Source of the DNA: an uncultured Dictyoglomota bacterium
GTDB lineage: Bacteria > Dictyoglomota > Dictyoglomia > Dictyoglomales > Dictyoglomaceae
DNA: 64,000 bases
Direction: 5' to 3'
Assembly: GCA_964654465.1 (NCBI GenBank)
Contig: CAZZIO010000032.1
Location: 58,908-122,907 of the forward strand
Below the pieces are notes generated by a model. That model made no database searches. It was not told where the DNA came from and saw only the letters and a program-made list of their open reading frames with translations. This document shows positions 55,280-64,000 of this stretch, piece after piece. The position numbers were made by a program, and so were the translations under genes. Each line of letters starts with the position of its first letter. Within the stretch, counting starts at the first letter, position 1.

Positions 55280-55308
55280 ATTATAATCCTTTAAAAGCCT
55301 ATAGTCAA
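55280..55308 (-). promoter_or_regulatory. Sigma-A-type promoter for mglB-mglA and downstream genes
   Basis: Minus strand TTGACT (55308-55303), 17 nt, TATAAT (55285-55280). Confidence 0.7.
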
Positions 55309-55310
55309 AC

Positions 55311-56672
55311 TTAGAATTCTTCTCTTAGGCTTAGCGATTTAAAGGAAGTAGAATTTTTGAGAAACAGCAATTTCACAGTTCCTGTGGGTCCATTTCTTTG
55401 TTTAGCTATTATGATTTCCACCTCTTCTGGCATATCTGATTCTACTTCTGACTCTTGAGCCTTATAATATCCTTCTCTATATATAAAAATTACTACATCA
55501 GCATCTTGCTCTAAGCCTCCAGACCCTCTTAAATCTGAAAGTTGTGGTCTTCTTTCTGCTCTTGTTTCCACAGCCCTTGATAACTGAGATATAGCTATTA
55601 CTGGAACCTCTAATTCACGGGCTAAGGATTTTAATCCTCTTGAGATTTCTGATATTTGTTGATGCTCGCTCTTATCTCTATCGAGCAACCTTATAAGCTG
55701 TAAATAATCCACAATTATAAGAGAAAGTCCTCTTTCTGCTTTTAATCTTCTTGCTCTTGCTCTCATCTCTATAACATTCAAATCAGGAGTATCATCAACA
55801 AAAATAGGTGCTTCAGCAAGTTTACCAAAAGCTCTTGCTAATTTTGGCCACTCATGTTCTTTAATCTGACCAGTTCGCAACCTGTGAATATCTATTTGGG
55901 CTTCTGACCCTAAAAGTCTTAAAGCCAATTGAAAACTTGACATTTCTAAACTAAAAATAGCAACGGGTAAATGCTCTTCTAAGGCTACATGTTGGGCAAT
56001 ATTTAAACAAAAGGATGTTTTTCCCATACCAGGCCTTGCAGCCACAATAATAAGATCAGAAGGTTGTAAACCCCCAGTTTTTCTATCCAAATCCCAAAAT
56101 CCAGTAGGAATACCCGTATACGGTTTTCCAGTTTGGTGTAATCTCTCTATTTCTTTAAAACTTTTTGCAAGTATATCTCTAAGAGGTACTAAAGTTCTAA
56201 ATCTATGGTGTTGAGCTATATCAAATATTAACTGTTCAGCTTTATCTACCAGAAGTTCTGGTGCTTCATTTTCTCTATAGCCTAAGGATACTATTTCCGT
56301 ACCCGCATATATAAGCTTTCTAAGTAAAGCCTTCTCAGCAACAATATTAGCGTAATATTCTACATTTGCTGCTGTGGGCACTACATCCAACAAAGAAGCA
56401 ACATATACACTTCCCCCAACTCTTTCTAACAAATTTCTGCTTCTCAACTCCTCTGTTACAGATACTAAATCTACTGGAAGGCCCTTTTCAAAAAGCTCCA
56501 CAATCACTCGAAAAATAATACTATGATGTTCATAATAAAAACTATCCGATTGAAGAATTTCAATAACTTTCGCAATAGCATCTCTGGAAAGGAGCATAGC
56601 TCCTAAAACAGCCTGCTCTGCTTCTTCATTATGAGGTGGAACTTTTCCTAATATATCTTCCCTATTTCTCAT
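55311..56672 (-). CDS. dnaB: Replicative DNA helicase (no intein)
   Basis: PPHNEEAEQAVLG, AARPGMGKT, VDYLQL, SQLSR, KQRNGPTG. Confidence 0.97.
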   Translation of the reverse strand: MRNREDILGKVPPHNEEAEQAVLGAMLLSRDAIAKVIEILQSDSFYYEHHSIIFRVIVELFEKGLPVDLVSVTEELRSRNLLERVGGSVYVASLLDVVPTAANVEYYANIVAEKALLRKLIYAGTEIVSLGYRENEAPELLVDKAEQLIFDIAQHHRFRTLVPLRDILAKSFKEIERLHQTGKPYTGIPTGFWDLDRKTGGLQPSDLIIVAARPGMGKTSFCLNIAQHVALEEHLPVAIFSLEMSSFQLALRLLGSEAQIDIHRLRTGQIKEHEWPKLARAFGKLAEAPIFVDDTPDLNVIEMRARARRLKAERGLSLIIVDYLQLIRLLDRDKSEHQQISEISRGLKSLARELEVPVIAISQLSRAVETRAERRPQLSDLRGSGGLEQDADVVIFIYREGYYKAQESEVESDMPEEVEIIIAKQRNGPTGTVKLLFLKNSTSFKSLSLREEF

Positions 56673-57131
56673 CTATTTCTCAGCTTCCACGATAATTTTT
56701 GCTTTAGCAACAACTTGAGGATGAAGTTTTATAGTCACTTCATATTCTCCTAAAGATTTTATCGGTTCATCTAACTCCACTTGTTTCTTATCTATACCAA
56801 GTTTTAATTTTTCGTTTATAATATCTGCCACATCTTTACTAGTTATCGAGCCAAAAAGTTTACCTGTTTCTCCTACCTTAGCTTTTACAACATATGTATT
56901 CTTCTCTAATAATTCTTTTTCCTTTCTAAACTTTTCTATCAGTTTTTCTTCCTTTTTCTTTTTAGAAATTTCCTGTAATTTTAAATTTTCTAATAATCCC
57001 TCATTGACTTCTCGAGCTAATCCTTTTGGAAGCAAATAATTTCTTGCATAACCGTCACTTACATTAATAACATCTCCCTTTTTACCAAGATTATCTACAT
57101 CTTTTAAAAGCATTACTTTAATCTTTTTCAT
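56673..57131 (-). CDS. rplI: 50S ribosomal protein L9
   Basis: LGKKGDV..V.DGYARNYLLP, GKLFGSIT, LHPQV. Confidence 0.97.
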   Translation of the reverse strand: MKKIKVMLLKDVDNLGKKGDVINVSDGYARNYLLPKGLAREVNEGLLENLKLQEISKKKKEEKLIEKFRKEKELLEKNTYVVKAKVGETGKLFGSITSKDVADIINEKLKLGIDKKQVELDEPIKSLGEYEVTIKLHPQVVAKAKIIVEAEK

Positions 57132-57135
57132 ATTT

Positions 57136-58083
57136 CTACTCCCTTTTCATTAAGATTTTATCTCTTAAAGGGTAAAAAATGTCTATAAGCCCTCCAATAA
57201 ATATTATACTCCCGAAAATAGGATTTAAAATTATGAAAATCAATAATAACCATCTAAGCCATTTAACCATAATATAATTTTTTAGAAATATCCAAAGAAT
57301 AATATATCCATTCACAAGTACCAAGGCTTGAATCAATAAAGAAATATTTATACCTAAATATTGAATCCACGGTAAAGTTTTTAAAAAACTATAAGTTATT
57401 CCAGTGATAATATAAATAAGAAAAAGAATAAATAATAACTTTTTAGAAACCCTTAAAGATTCTATATTTGGTAACTTGGGAATATCTACCTGAAATCTTC
57501 TTAAAACCCTCTCAGCTATGAGATAATTTATAATTACTTGGGTAAAGGCAGATATAATTAGAAGGGTTGGGATAAAAAGATTTATATTTTTTACAAAACT
57601 TCCTTGTAAATTGATAATTTCTTGAGATTCCTTATCTTTAAAATATTTAGATAAAAGTTCTGATGATTTCTGCCAACTTTCCTTATAAACATCTAACCCC
57701 AGAGCTTTCTCAAAGGGGATCTTAAAAAATATCATAGAAATCATGATATTTAATACTTGAAAAAATAGAATTATAACAAAACCGATAAACAACAACTTAT
57801 ATATATTCCATTTTGCTTTTATGCCGTATCCAATAAAAATGCCCAAAAAACCAGAAGGCAAAAATAAAGCAAAAGTACTAAATGGATTCATCATTAAACT
57901 TGCAAGTATAAAAGAGATAAGAAGAGAAAGAAAGCTTATCTTAATATTATGCCGATAAGATAGAAAGATAAATGGCAAAGAACAAAAGAAAATTAGAGGA
58001 AAGAACCAATAAGAAAGCCAAAATAAAATAATACTTATAGCTGTTATTAAACTTCCTTCAGCAACACTGCGAGTATTGAACAT
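57136..58083 (-). CDS. YybS/DUF2232-family membrane protein
   Basis: Multi-TM protein, N-terminal TRSVAEGSL, C-terminal GLIDIFYPLR; rpsR-yybS-rplI synteny. Confidence 0.8.
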   Translation of the reverse strand: MFNTRSVAEGSLITAISIILFWLSYWFFPLIFFCSLPFIFLSYRHNIKISFLSLLISFILASLMMNPFSTFALFLPSGFLGIFIGYGIKAKWNIYKLLFIGFVIILFFQVLNIMISMIFFKIPFEKALGLDVYKESWQKSSELLSKYFKDKESQEIINLQGSFVKNINLFIPTLLIISAFTQVIINYLIAERVLRRFQVDIPKLPNIESLRVSKKLLFILFLIYIITGITYSFLKTLPWIQYLGINISLLIQALVLVNGYIILWIFLKNYIMVKWLRWLLLIFIILNPIFGSIIFIGGLIDIFYPLRDKILMKRE

Positions 58084-58088
58084 ACCTC

Positions 58089-58120
58089 AAAAAGAGGAGG
58101 GAGAGTTTATACTCTCCCTC
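58089..58120 (-). terminator. Probable intrinsic terminator/attenuator after rpsR
   Basis: Minus strand GAGGGAGAGT-ATAA-ACTCTCCCTC followed by CTCTTTTT. Confidence 0.7.
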
Positions 58121-58132
58121 TTAATAATCATT

Positions 58133-58390
58133 TTACTTAACCACATAAGGTAAAAGTGCCATATATCTTGCTCTTTTTATCGCAGTACTTAATTGTCTTT
58201 GATGTCTTGCACAATTGCCACTTACTCTTCTTGGAATAATTTTGCCCTTTTCCGTCATAAATCTGCGTAATCTTTCCACATTCTTATAATCTATATAATC
58301 TATTTTTTCACTACAAAAAACACAAAACTTTTTTCTTCCTGAAGAATATGCAAATCTTTGAGTTTTAGCAGAAACCTTATCATTACTCAT
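58133..58390 (-). CDS. rpsR: 30S ribosomal protein S18 (zinc-binding type)
   Basis: [32 protein letters not shown]. Confidence 0.97.
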   Translation of the reverse strand: MSNDKVSAKTQRFAYSSGRKKFCVFCSEKIDYIDYKNVERLRRFMTEKGKIIPRRVSGNCARHQRQLSTAIKRARYMALLPYVVK

Positions 58391-58824
58391 TCTTCTTCCT
58401 CCTCGCTTTCCTCCAGTAATTCATTTAAAATCTCTTCTTCACTTTCAATTTCAATACTTGTAACATCTTCAATAGGTTCCTCTACAGAGTTTGGTTCATT
58501 ATTTTCCTCTTTCTTTCCCAAAAAATGAACATTTATAGCCTCTACTTCTACTACTTTTCTTTTCTGACCATCAGGAGTTTGATAAATCCTTGTCCTTAAT
58601 CTTCCTTCAACCGCCACAAGTCTTCCCTTTTTTAAATAATCACCACATATTTCTGCAAGCCTTCTCCATGCCACTATGTCTATGAAATCTGCTGTTCTTT
58701 CACCCTTACTATTTTTAGGTCTATTAACAGCTATTCTAAAAGTAGTAACGGGCACCCCACTTGGAGTGTATCTCATCTCTGGATCTTTTACTAAATGTCC
58801 AATCAATAATACTTTATTAAGCAT
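58387..58824 (-). CDS. ssb: Single-stranded DNA-binding protein
   Basis: [40 protein letters not shown]; rpsF-ssb-rpsR order. Confidence 0.96.
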   Translation of the reverse strand: MLNKVLLIGHLVKDPEMRYTPSGVPVTTFRIAVNRPKNSKGERTADFIDIVAWRRLAEICGDYLKKGRLVAVEGRLRTRIYQTPDGQKRKVVEVEAINVHFLGKKEENNEPNSVEEPIEDVTSIEIESEEEILNELLEESEEEEE

Positions 58825-58830
58825 AATTCA

Positions 58831-59124
58831 TTATTCTTCCTTCTCTAATAGAGTAATCATATACCTTAAAATCTTCTCCCTCAACTTCAACCTTCTTTCA
58901 AATTCAGATAACTGATTTTGTGGGAATAAAAAAGTCATAATCACGTAATATCCATCATTAAACTTCTTAACAGGATAAGCCAATGTTTTCTTACCCCAGT
59001 TATCAACCGTTTGAACCTCTCCATCTAAATTTTCTATATCCTTTTTAAGATCCTCCGTAAGTTGATTCAATTCTTCTTCTGAAAGCTCAGGACTGATTAA
59101 ATACATTACCTCATACTTACGCAT
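58831..59124 (-). CDS. rpsF: 30S ribosomal protein S6 (start moved to MRKYE)
   Basis: [33 protein letters not shown] before ATG at 59124. Confidence 0.96.
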   Translation of the reverse strand: MRKYEVMYLISPELSEEELNQLTEDLKKDIENLDGEVQTVDNWGKKTLAYPVKKFNDGYYVIMTFLFPQNQLSEFERRLKLREKILRYMITLLEKEE

Positions 59125-59130
59125 CTCTAA

Positions 59131-59175
59131 CCTCCTTTGGACTTTTTGGCCCCATGTTTTAATCATGGAGCAGGA
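59131..59175 (-). promoter_or_regulatory. Probable S6:S18 ribosomal protein leader RNA
   Basis: Minus strand TCCT-GCTCCATG-ATTAAAA-CATGGGGC-CAAAAAGTCC-AAAGGAGG; 5' TCCT can pair with the SD, matching the architecture of rpsF leaders. Confidence 0.65.
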
Positions 59176-59187
59176 TTTAGCTCAAAA

Positions 59188-59216
59188 ATTATACTATTAT
59201 TTTAACAAAAAGCCAA
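59188..59216 (-). promoter_or_regulatory. Promoter of the rpsF-ssb-rpsR operon
   Basis: Minus strand TTGGCT, 17 nt, TATAAT. Confidence 0.6.
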
Positions 59217-59226
59217 GATATTTCAA

Positions 59227-59255
59227 TTGAAAATTTTTCATCATAACTGTATAAT
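59227..59255 (+). promoter_or_regulatory. Promoter of the ilvE-lysA-hom-thrC-thrB operon
   Basis: TTGAAA (59227-59232), 17 nt, TATAAT (59250-59255); divergent from the rpsF promoter. Confidence 0.65.
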
Positions 59256-59283
59256 TTTACTTTAAAAAAAGGAGGAGTTGAAA

Positions 59284-60171
59284 ATGGGGTTAGTGTATAT
59301 AAATGGAGAATTTATCCAAACAGAAAATGCAAAAATCTCAGTCTTCGATCGAGGCTTACTATATGGGGATGGTGTTTTTGAAGGTATAAGAGCCTATAAT
59401 GGTAGTGTATTCAAGTTAAAAGAGCATTTAGAAAGATTATATGCATCAGCAAAAGCCATTTGGTTAAATATACCTCTTTCTTTTGAAGAAATGGAAGAAG
59501 CTGTAATAGAAACTGTAAGAGTTAATAACTTAAAAGATTCATACATAAGACTTATTGTAACTCGTGGTGAGTATGGATTAGGGATTGATCCTTGGGAATG
59601 TAAAAAGGGTACCGTAATTATAATTGCAGATAAAATAAAGGTTTTTCCTGAAGAATTTTATGAAACTGGTCTTACTGCAGTAACAGTAGCCACTCGTAGA
59701 TCACCAACCGATGTTTTAGATCCCAGAATTAAATCTCTAAATTATATGAGCAATATTTTAGCAAGAATCGAGGCACGTATTGCCGGAGCTGCGGAAGGTA
59801 TCATGCTTAATCATCAAGGATATGTAACAGAGGCCACTGTCGATAATATCTTTTTTGTTAAAAAAGGAATTTTATTTACACCTTCTGTAACCCTGGGAGC
59901 TTTACCTGGGATTACAAGAGCAACAGTCATAGATTTGGCTAAGAAAGAACTTGGTCTAGAAGTGGTAGAAGGTTTCTTTACAAGATATGATCTATATAAT
60001 GCTGACGAAGTTTTTCTTACTGGTACTGCTGTAGAGATAATTTCTGTTATTAAAATAGATGAAAGAATCATTGGAAATGGAAAACCTGGAGAAATAACTC
60101 AAAAAATAAGAAAAATATTCCATGAATATGCCCAATCTGGCATAGCGGGGAGTCAAGTATATGCAAAATAA
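59284..60171 (+). CDS. ilvE: Branched-chain amino acid aminotransferase (class IV)
   Basis: DRGLLYGDGVFEGIR, YIRLIVTRG, KSLNY, LPGITR, DEVFLTGT; ATG at 59284 fits the SD spacing better than TTG at 59278. Confidence 0.93.
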   Translation: MGLVYINGEFIQTENAKISVFDRGLLYGDGVFEGIRAYNGSVFKLKEHLERLYASAKAIWLNIPLSFEEMEEAVIETVRVNNLKDSYIRLIVTRGEYGLGIDPWECKKGTVIIIADKIKVFPEEFYETGLTAVTVATRRSPTDVLDPRIKSLNYMSNILARIEARIAGAAEGIMLNHQGYVTEATVDNIFFVKKGILFTPSVTLGALPGITRATVIDLAKKELGLEVVEGFFTRYDLYNADEVFLTGTAVEIISVIKIDERIIGNGKPGEITQKIRKIFHEYAQSGIAGSQVYAK

Positions 60172-61438
60172 AATATATCCTGAAACTTTTCATTTCCAAG
60201 ATGAATGGAAAATAGATGGTATCAGTATTAAAAATTTAGCAGAAAAATATGGTACTCCATTATATGTAATTGATAAAAAAACATTAATAACTCAAGCCCA
60301 GAAATATATTAACTCATGGAAAAAGTACTATAAAAACAAATTTAAAGTACTTTTTGCTATTAAGGCTCTACCAATATTAGAAGTAATACGGATTTTCTAT
60401 AAAGAAGGCTTAGGATTCCTTGTATCAACAGGTGGAGAACTCTTTATAGCAAGATCAGCAGGTGTAGATTCTCATAAAATTTATTTTCATGGTAATGCAA
60501 AAAGCATCCATGAATTAGAATATGCTATAAAGGAAAATATAGGAGCCATAATAATTGACAACTTTGATGAATACGAAAAAATAAAATTTCTAACAGATAA
60601 ACATTCAACTTCTATAAAGGTACTTATTAGGTTAATACCAAATATTGAAGTAAGTACACATAAATCTATTAGAACAGGTCAAATAGACACTAAATTTGGT
60701 CTTCCTATTAACCAAGTTTATGAATTGATAGAAAGAATTAGGAAAGAAAAATACATAGATTTTAAAGGATTACATGCTCATATTGGTTCTCAAATTTTTG
60801 ATATAAGTGCCTATGTAAAATTAGCTGAAGTATTAAGCGAAATATATAATAATTTAAAATCAGCTAATACTAACATAGAAGAAATGAGTATAGGTGGGGG
60901 ATTAGGTATTGCATATACAAAAGACGATAACCCTCCAGAAATAGAAGATTTAGCTTACCAAGTATCCCAAAAATTTGAAGAAACTATTGGACATCATTTC
61001 ACACTAATATGCGAACCAGGTAGATCTTTGGTAGGAAGAGCAGGAATTACAATTTACAAAATAGAAAGTAGAAAGGAGATTCCAGGTATAAGAAAATACG
61101 TATCAGTAGATGGTGGAATGTCAGATAATATTAGACCTTCTTTATATGGAGCTAAATATTCAGCCTTATTAATAACATCTAATGAAAGTACAAATACCAT
61201 ATATACAATAGCAGGAAAACATTGCGAATCTGGAGACATTCTTATAAGGGATTTTGAAGATAAATGGCCAAATTACGGAGATTATTTAATAACATTTTCT
61301 ACAGGAGCCTATAACTTTTCAATGTTTACTTGGTATAATGCTACGGTTAGACCCGGTGTAGTACTGATAGAGAATGGAAAAGATAGATTAATAGTTAAAA
61401 GAGATACTTATGAAGATCTTTTGAGGGGTCAAATATGA
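60161..61438 (+). CDS. lysA: Diaminopimelate decarboxylase
   Basis: YGTPLYV, AIKA (PLP Lys), KFG, HIGSQ, EPGRS, DGGMSDNIRP.LY, CESGD. Confidence 0.9.
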   Translation: MQNKIYPETFHFQDEWKIDGISIKNLAEKYGTPLYVIDKKTLITQAQKYINSWKKYYKNKFKVLFAIKALPILEVIRIFYKEGLGFLVSTGGELFIARSAGVDSHKIYFHGNAKSIHELEYAIKENIGAIIIDNFDEYEKIKFLTDKHSTSIKVLIRLIPNIEVSTHKSIRTGQIDTKFGLPINQVYELIERIRKEKYIDFKGLHAHIGSQIFDISAYVKLAEVLSEIYNNLKSANTNIEEMSIGGGLGIAYTKDDNPPEIEDLAYQVSQKFEETIGHHFTLICEPGRSLVGRAGITIYKIESRKEIPGIRKYVSVDGGMSDNIRPSLYGAKYSALLITSNESTNTIYTIAGKHCESGDILIRDFEDKWPNYGDYLITFSTGAYNFSMFTWYNATVRPGVVLIENGKDRLIVKRDTYEDLLRGQI

Positions 61439-62709
61439 AAATTGGACTTTTAGGTGGGGGACAAGTAGGACAAGCACTCTTTAAAGTACTATATTCAGAA
61501 AAAGAAACCATTCTAAATATTCTTAGAGAACCTTTAGAAATTAAAAAAGTTCTTGTAAAGGATTTAAATAAAAAAAGAGAAATTCCAAAAGATTTATTAA
61601 CAACAAACCCTGAAGAAATCATATTAGATCAAGAAATCCAAATCATAGTTGAATTAATGGGAGGAATAGAACCTGCTTATTCCTATATAAAGAAAGCACT
61701 AGAAGAAAAGAAAGTTGTGGTTACAGCCAATAAGGAGGTTATTGCTTTATATGGAGAAGAACTATATAAGATAGCAAGGAAAAAAGGCGTAGATATATTA
61801 TTTGAGGCAAGTGTAGGCGGAGGTATACCCATAATAAAAACGATAAAAGAAGCCATGGTTGTCGATAAAGTAAAAGAAATCTGGGCTATATTAAATGGTA
61901 CTACCAATTATATACTCACCAAAATGGAAGAAGAAATAAAAGATTTTGATGAAAGCTTAAAGAAAGCTCAAGAATTAGGATATGCAGAACCAGATCCAAC
62001 AAAGGACATCTCAGGTTTAGATACAGCCTATAAATTGTCCATCCTATCCTCTTTTGCTTATCACACAACCATTACACCTCAATGCATATACAGGGAAGGA
62101 ATAGAAAACATAACATTAAGAGATTTGTTATACGCAAAAGACTTAGGTTATAAAATAAAATTGCTTGCCATAAGCAAAGAAAATAACGGAGAAATTGAAA
62201 CAAGAGTACACCCAACTATGATTCCAATAAATTCTCCCCTTGCATCAATAAGAGGGGTATATAATGCAATCCTTTTAAAAACAGAAAAAAGAGGAGATAT
62301 TTTATTATATGGTGAAGGTGCTGGTCCCTATCCTACTTCTATGGCATTACTATCCGATATATTAGAATCTGCTTATACTTTACTATATTCGTTACCCCGA
62401 TATTATTCTTTTGCTTATCTTTATCCTTCCAAAATAAAAAATTGGGAAAATTTCTTTACCAGATACTATATAAGAATTTGGGTAAAAGATCAGCCAGGGG
62501 TTCTTGCACAAATTGCTAAGATATTGGGAGAAAATAGTATAAGCATATCCTCTGTTATTCAGAAAGAAACGTCAGAAAAAGAAGAAAAAGCAGAAATAGT
62601 TATTCTTACACATAAAACAAATGAAAATAGTATGCAAAAAGCTATAAGTGAGATTAAAAAACTCCCCATCTTAGAAAATTGGGGAAGTCTAATAAGAATT
62701 GAGGGATAA
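61435..62709 (+). CDS. hom: Homoserine dehydrogenase with C-terminal ACT domain
   Basis: [39 protein letters not shown]. Confidence 0.96.
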   Translation: MKIGLLGGGQVGQALFKVLYSEKETILNILREPLEIKKVLVKDLNKKREIPKDLLTTNPEEIILDQEIQIIVELMGGIEPAYSYIKKALEEKKVVVTANKEVIALYGEELYKIARKKGVDILFEASVGGGIPIIKTIKEAMVVDKVKEIWAILNGTTNYILTKMEEEIKDFDESLKKAQELGYAEPDPTKDISGLDTAYKLSILSSFAYHTTITPQCIYREGIENITLRDLLYAKDLGYKIKLLAISKENNGEIETRVHPTMIPINSPLASIRGVYNAILLKTEKRGDILLYGEGAGPYPTSMALLSDILESAYTLLYSLPRYYSFAYLYPSKIKNWENFFTRYYIRIWVKDQPGVLAQIAKILGENSISISSVIQKETSEKEEKAEIVILTHKTNENSMQKAISEIKKLPILENWGSLIRIEG

Positions 62710-62711
62710 AA

Positions 62712-63752
62712 ATGAAAGGAGTACTTTTTAAATACAAAGAATTTCTACCCTTAACAGATAAGACACCTATTATATCTTTACATGAAGGAGACACACCTCT
62801 CATTTATGCTTACAATCTCTCAAAAATTTATAACATTGATATTTGGCTTAAATATGAAGGTATGAATCCAACAGGTTCTTTTAAAGATAGAGGAATGGTA
62901 GTCGCTATAGCAAAAGCACTTGAAGAAGGAAGCAAAGCAGTAATATGTGCCTCTACAGGAAATACCGCTGCTTCAGCTGCTGCTTATTCTGCATTAGCAA
63001 ATTTAAAATCTTTTGTTATTCTCCCAGAAAAAGCTATTGCTTTAGGAAAATTAGCGCAAGCACTAATGTATGGCGCAAAGGTTATAAGTATAAAAGGGAA
63101 TTTTGATGACGCCTTAAATTTAGTAAAAATAGCAGGACAAAAATTCCCCATAACCATTGTCAACTCAATAAATCCATATAGATTAGAAGGACAAAAAACT
63201 GCTGCCTTTGAAATATGTGATACCTTAAAAAGAGCACCTGAAAATTTAGCTATTCCTGTAGGAAATGCAGGAAATATATCCGCATACTGGATGGGCTTTA
63301 AAGAATATTTTAAAATAGGAAAAAGTAATACTTTACCCAAAATGTTAGGTTTTCAAGCAGAAGGTGCTGCTCCTTTAGTAAAAGGACATCCTATTGAAAA
63401 TCCACAAACTATAGCAACAGCAATAAAAATAGGAAATCCCGCAAGTTGGGATAAAGCAATAAATGCAGTAAAAGAATCTTCAGGCTTAATAGATACTGTT
63501 AGCGATGAGGAGATCTTAGAAGCTCAAAAAGAGTTAGCAAGCAAAGAAGGGGTTTTTGTAGAGCCGGCTTCTGCAGCATCGTGGGCTGGTGTAAAGAAAC
63601 TTATAAGAAATGGAAAATTTAAAGGTAATGAAGTAGTTTGTGTACTTACAGGACATGGCTTAAAAGATCCAGATATTGCCATTAAACAATCGAAAATAGA
63701 ATATGTTATAGAACCTGATATAAAAGAATTAGAAAGGATTTTAGAAAAGTGA
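62712..63752 (+). CDS. thrC: Threonine synthase
   Basis: [37 protein letters not shown]. Confidence 0.97.
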   Translation: MKGVLFKYKEFLPLTDKTPIISLHEGDTPLIYAYNLSKIYNIDIWLKYEGMNPTGSFKDRGMVVAIAKALEEGSKAVICASTGNTAASAAAYSALANLKSFVILPEKAIALGKLAQALMYGAKVISIKGNFDDALNLVKIAGQKFPITIVNSINPYRLEGQKTAAFEICDTLKRAPENLAIPVGNAGNISAYWMGFKEYFKIGKSNTLPKMLGFQAEGAAPLVKGHPIENPQTIATAIKIGNPASWDKAINAVKESSGLIDTVSDEEILEAQKELASKEGVFVEPASAASWAGVKKLIRNGKFKGNEVVCVLTGHGLKDPDIAIKQSKIEYVIEPDIKELERILEK

Positions 63753-64000
63753 TCTATCATATAAAGGTTCCTGCCACATCTGCTAATATTGGACCAGGCT
63801 TTGACTCTATCGGTATAGCTTGGAATTTATATCTTCACATTTATATAAAAAAAGATGAATCACACAAAGATGATATAAGGATTATAAATAAAAATAAAAT
63901 AAATAATGATCTTTTTATTAAAGCATTCAATGAAACAATAAATTATATAAATAAGAAACCATCAAATTATATTATAGAACTATGGTCAGAAATTCCCATA
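63749..64000 (+). CDS. thrB: Homoserine kinase, partial (runs off the window end)
   Basis: GTGA overlap with the thrC stop; translates [24 protein letters not shown], the ThrB N-terminal signature. Confidence 0.92.
   Translation, partial: MIYHIKVPATSANIGPGFDSIGIAWNLYLHIYIKKDESHKDDIRIINKNKINNDLFIKAFNETINYINKKPSNYIIELWSEIPI

Overview
A 64 kb, AT-rich (roughly 30% GC by eye), very gene-dense bacterial core-genome segment. It combines Firmicute-like gene order with diderm markers (an LptF/G permease, an AMIN-domain amidase) and has a tmRNA tag ANTNLALAA. It is most consistent with a Dictyoglomus-like anaerobe; this is inference, not a database result. Layout: three tRNAs (Val, Asp, Thr) and rseC-DUF2007-proA-proC-htrA-rlmH on +. 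Then about 54 kb of uninterrupted minus-strand genes: rpsF-ssb-rpsR-yybS-rplI-dnaB; mglB-mglA-argB-wzz-degT-galE; smpB-ssrA; amidase-murI-[peptidase-glmS-glmL-glmE-mal-AtuA-like-DUF4387-fumarase alpha/beta-P-loop/AlaX-like]-rph-rdgB-ridA-rhomboid-SDH protease; hrcA-rsmE-mtaB-rpsU-phoH-ybeY-dgkA-hlyC-pyrG-cdd-era-deoC-recO-glyQS; ppdK-dgt-dnaG-rpoD-infC-rpmI-rplT-trmH-pheST-mutS2-lptF/G. Finally ilvE-lysA-hom-thrC-thrB(partial) on +. I saw no mobile element, prophage, CRISPR or intein. Best candidate for an undescribed system: a B12-dependent glutamate (methylaspartate) fermentation block spliced between murI and rph. It lacks a recognisable citramalate lyase but carries an AtuA-like/DUF4387 pair and a P-loop NTPase fused to a divergent AlaX-type editing domain. 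Other oddities: a CIRCE/hrcA operon without grpE-dnaK-dnaJ, a hairpin lodged between the Shine-Dalgarno sequence and start codon of dgt, smpB abutting tmRNA, an SSB lacking the IPF tail, and probable ATA and CTG start codons.
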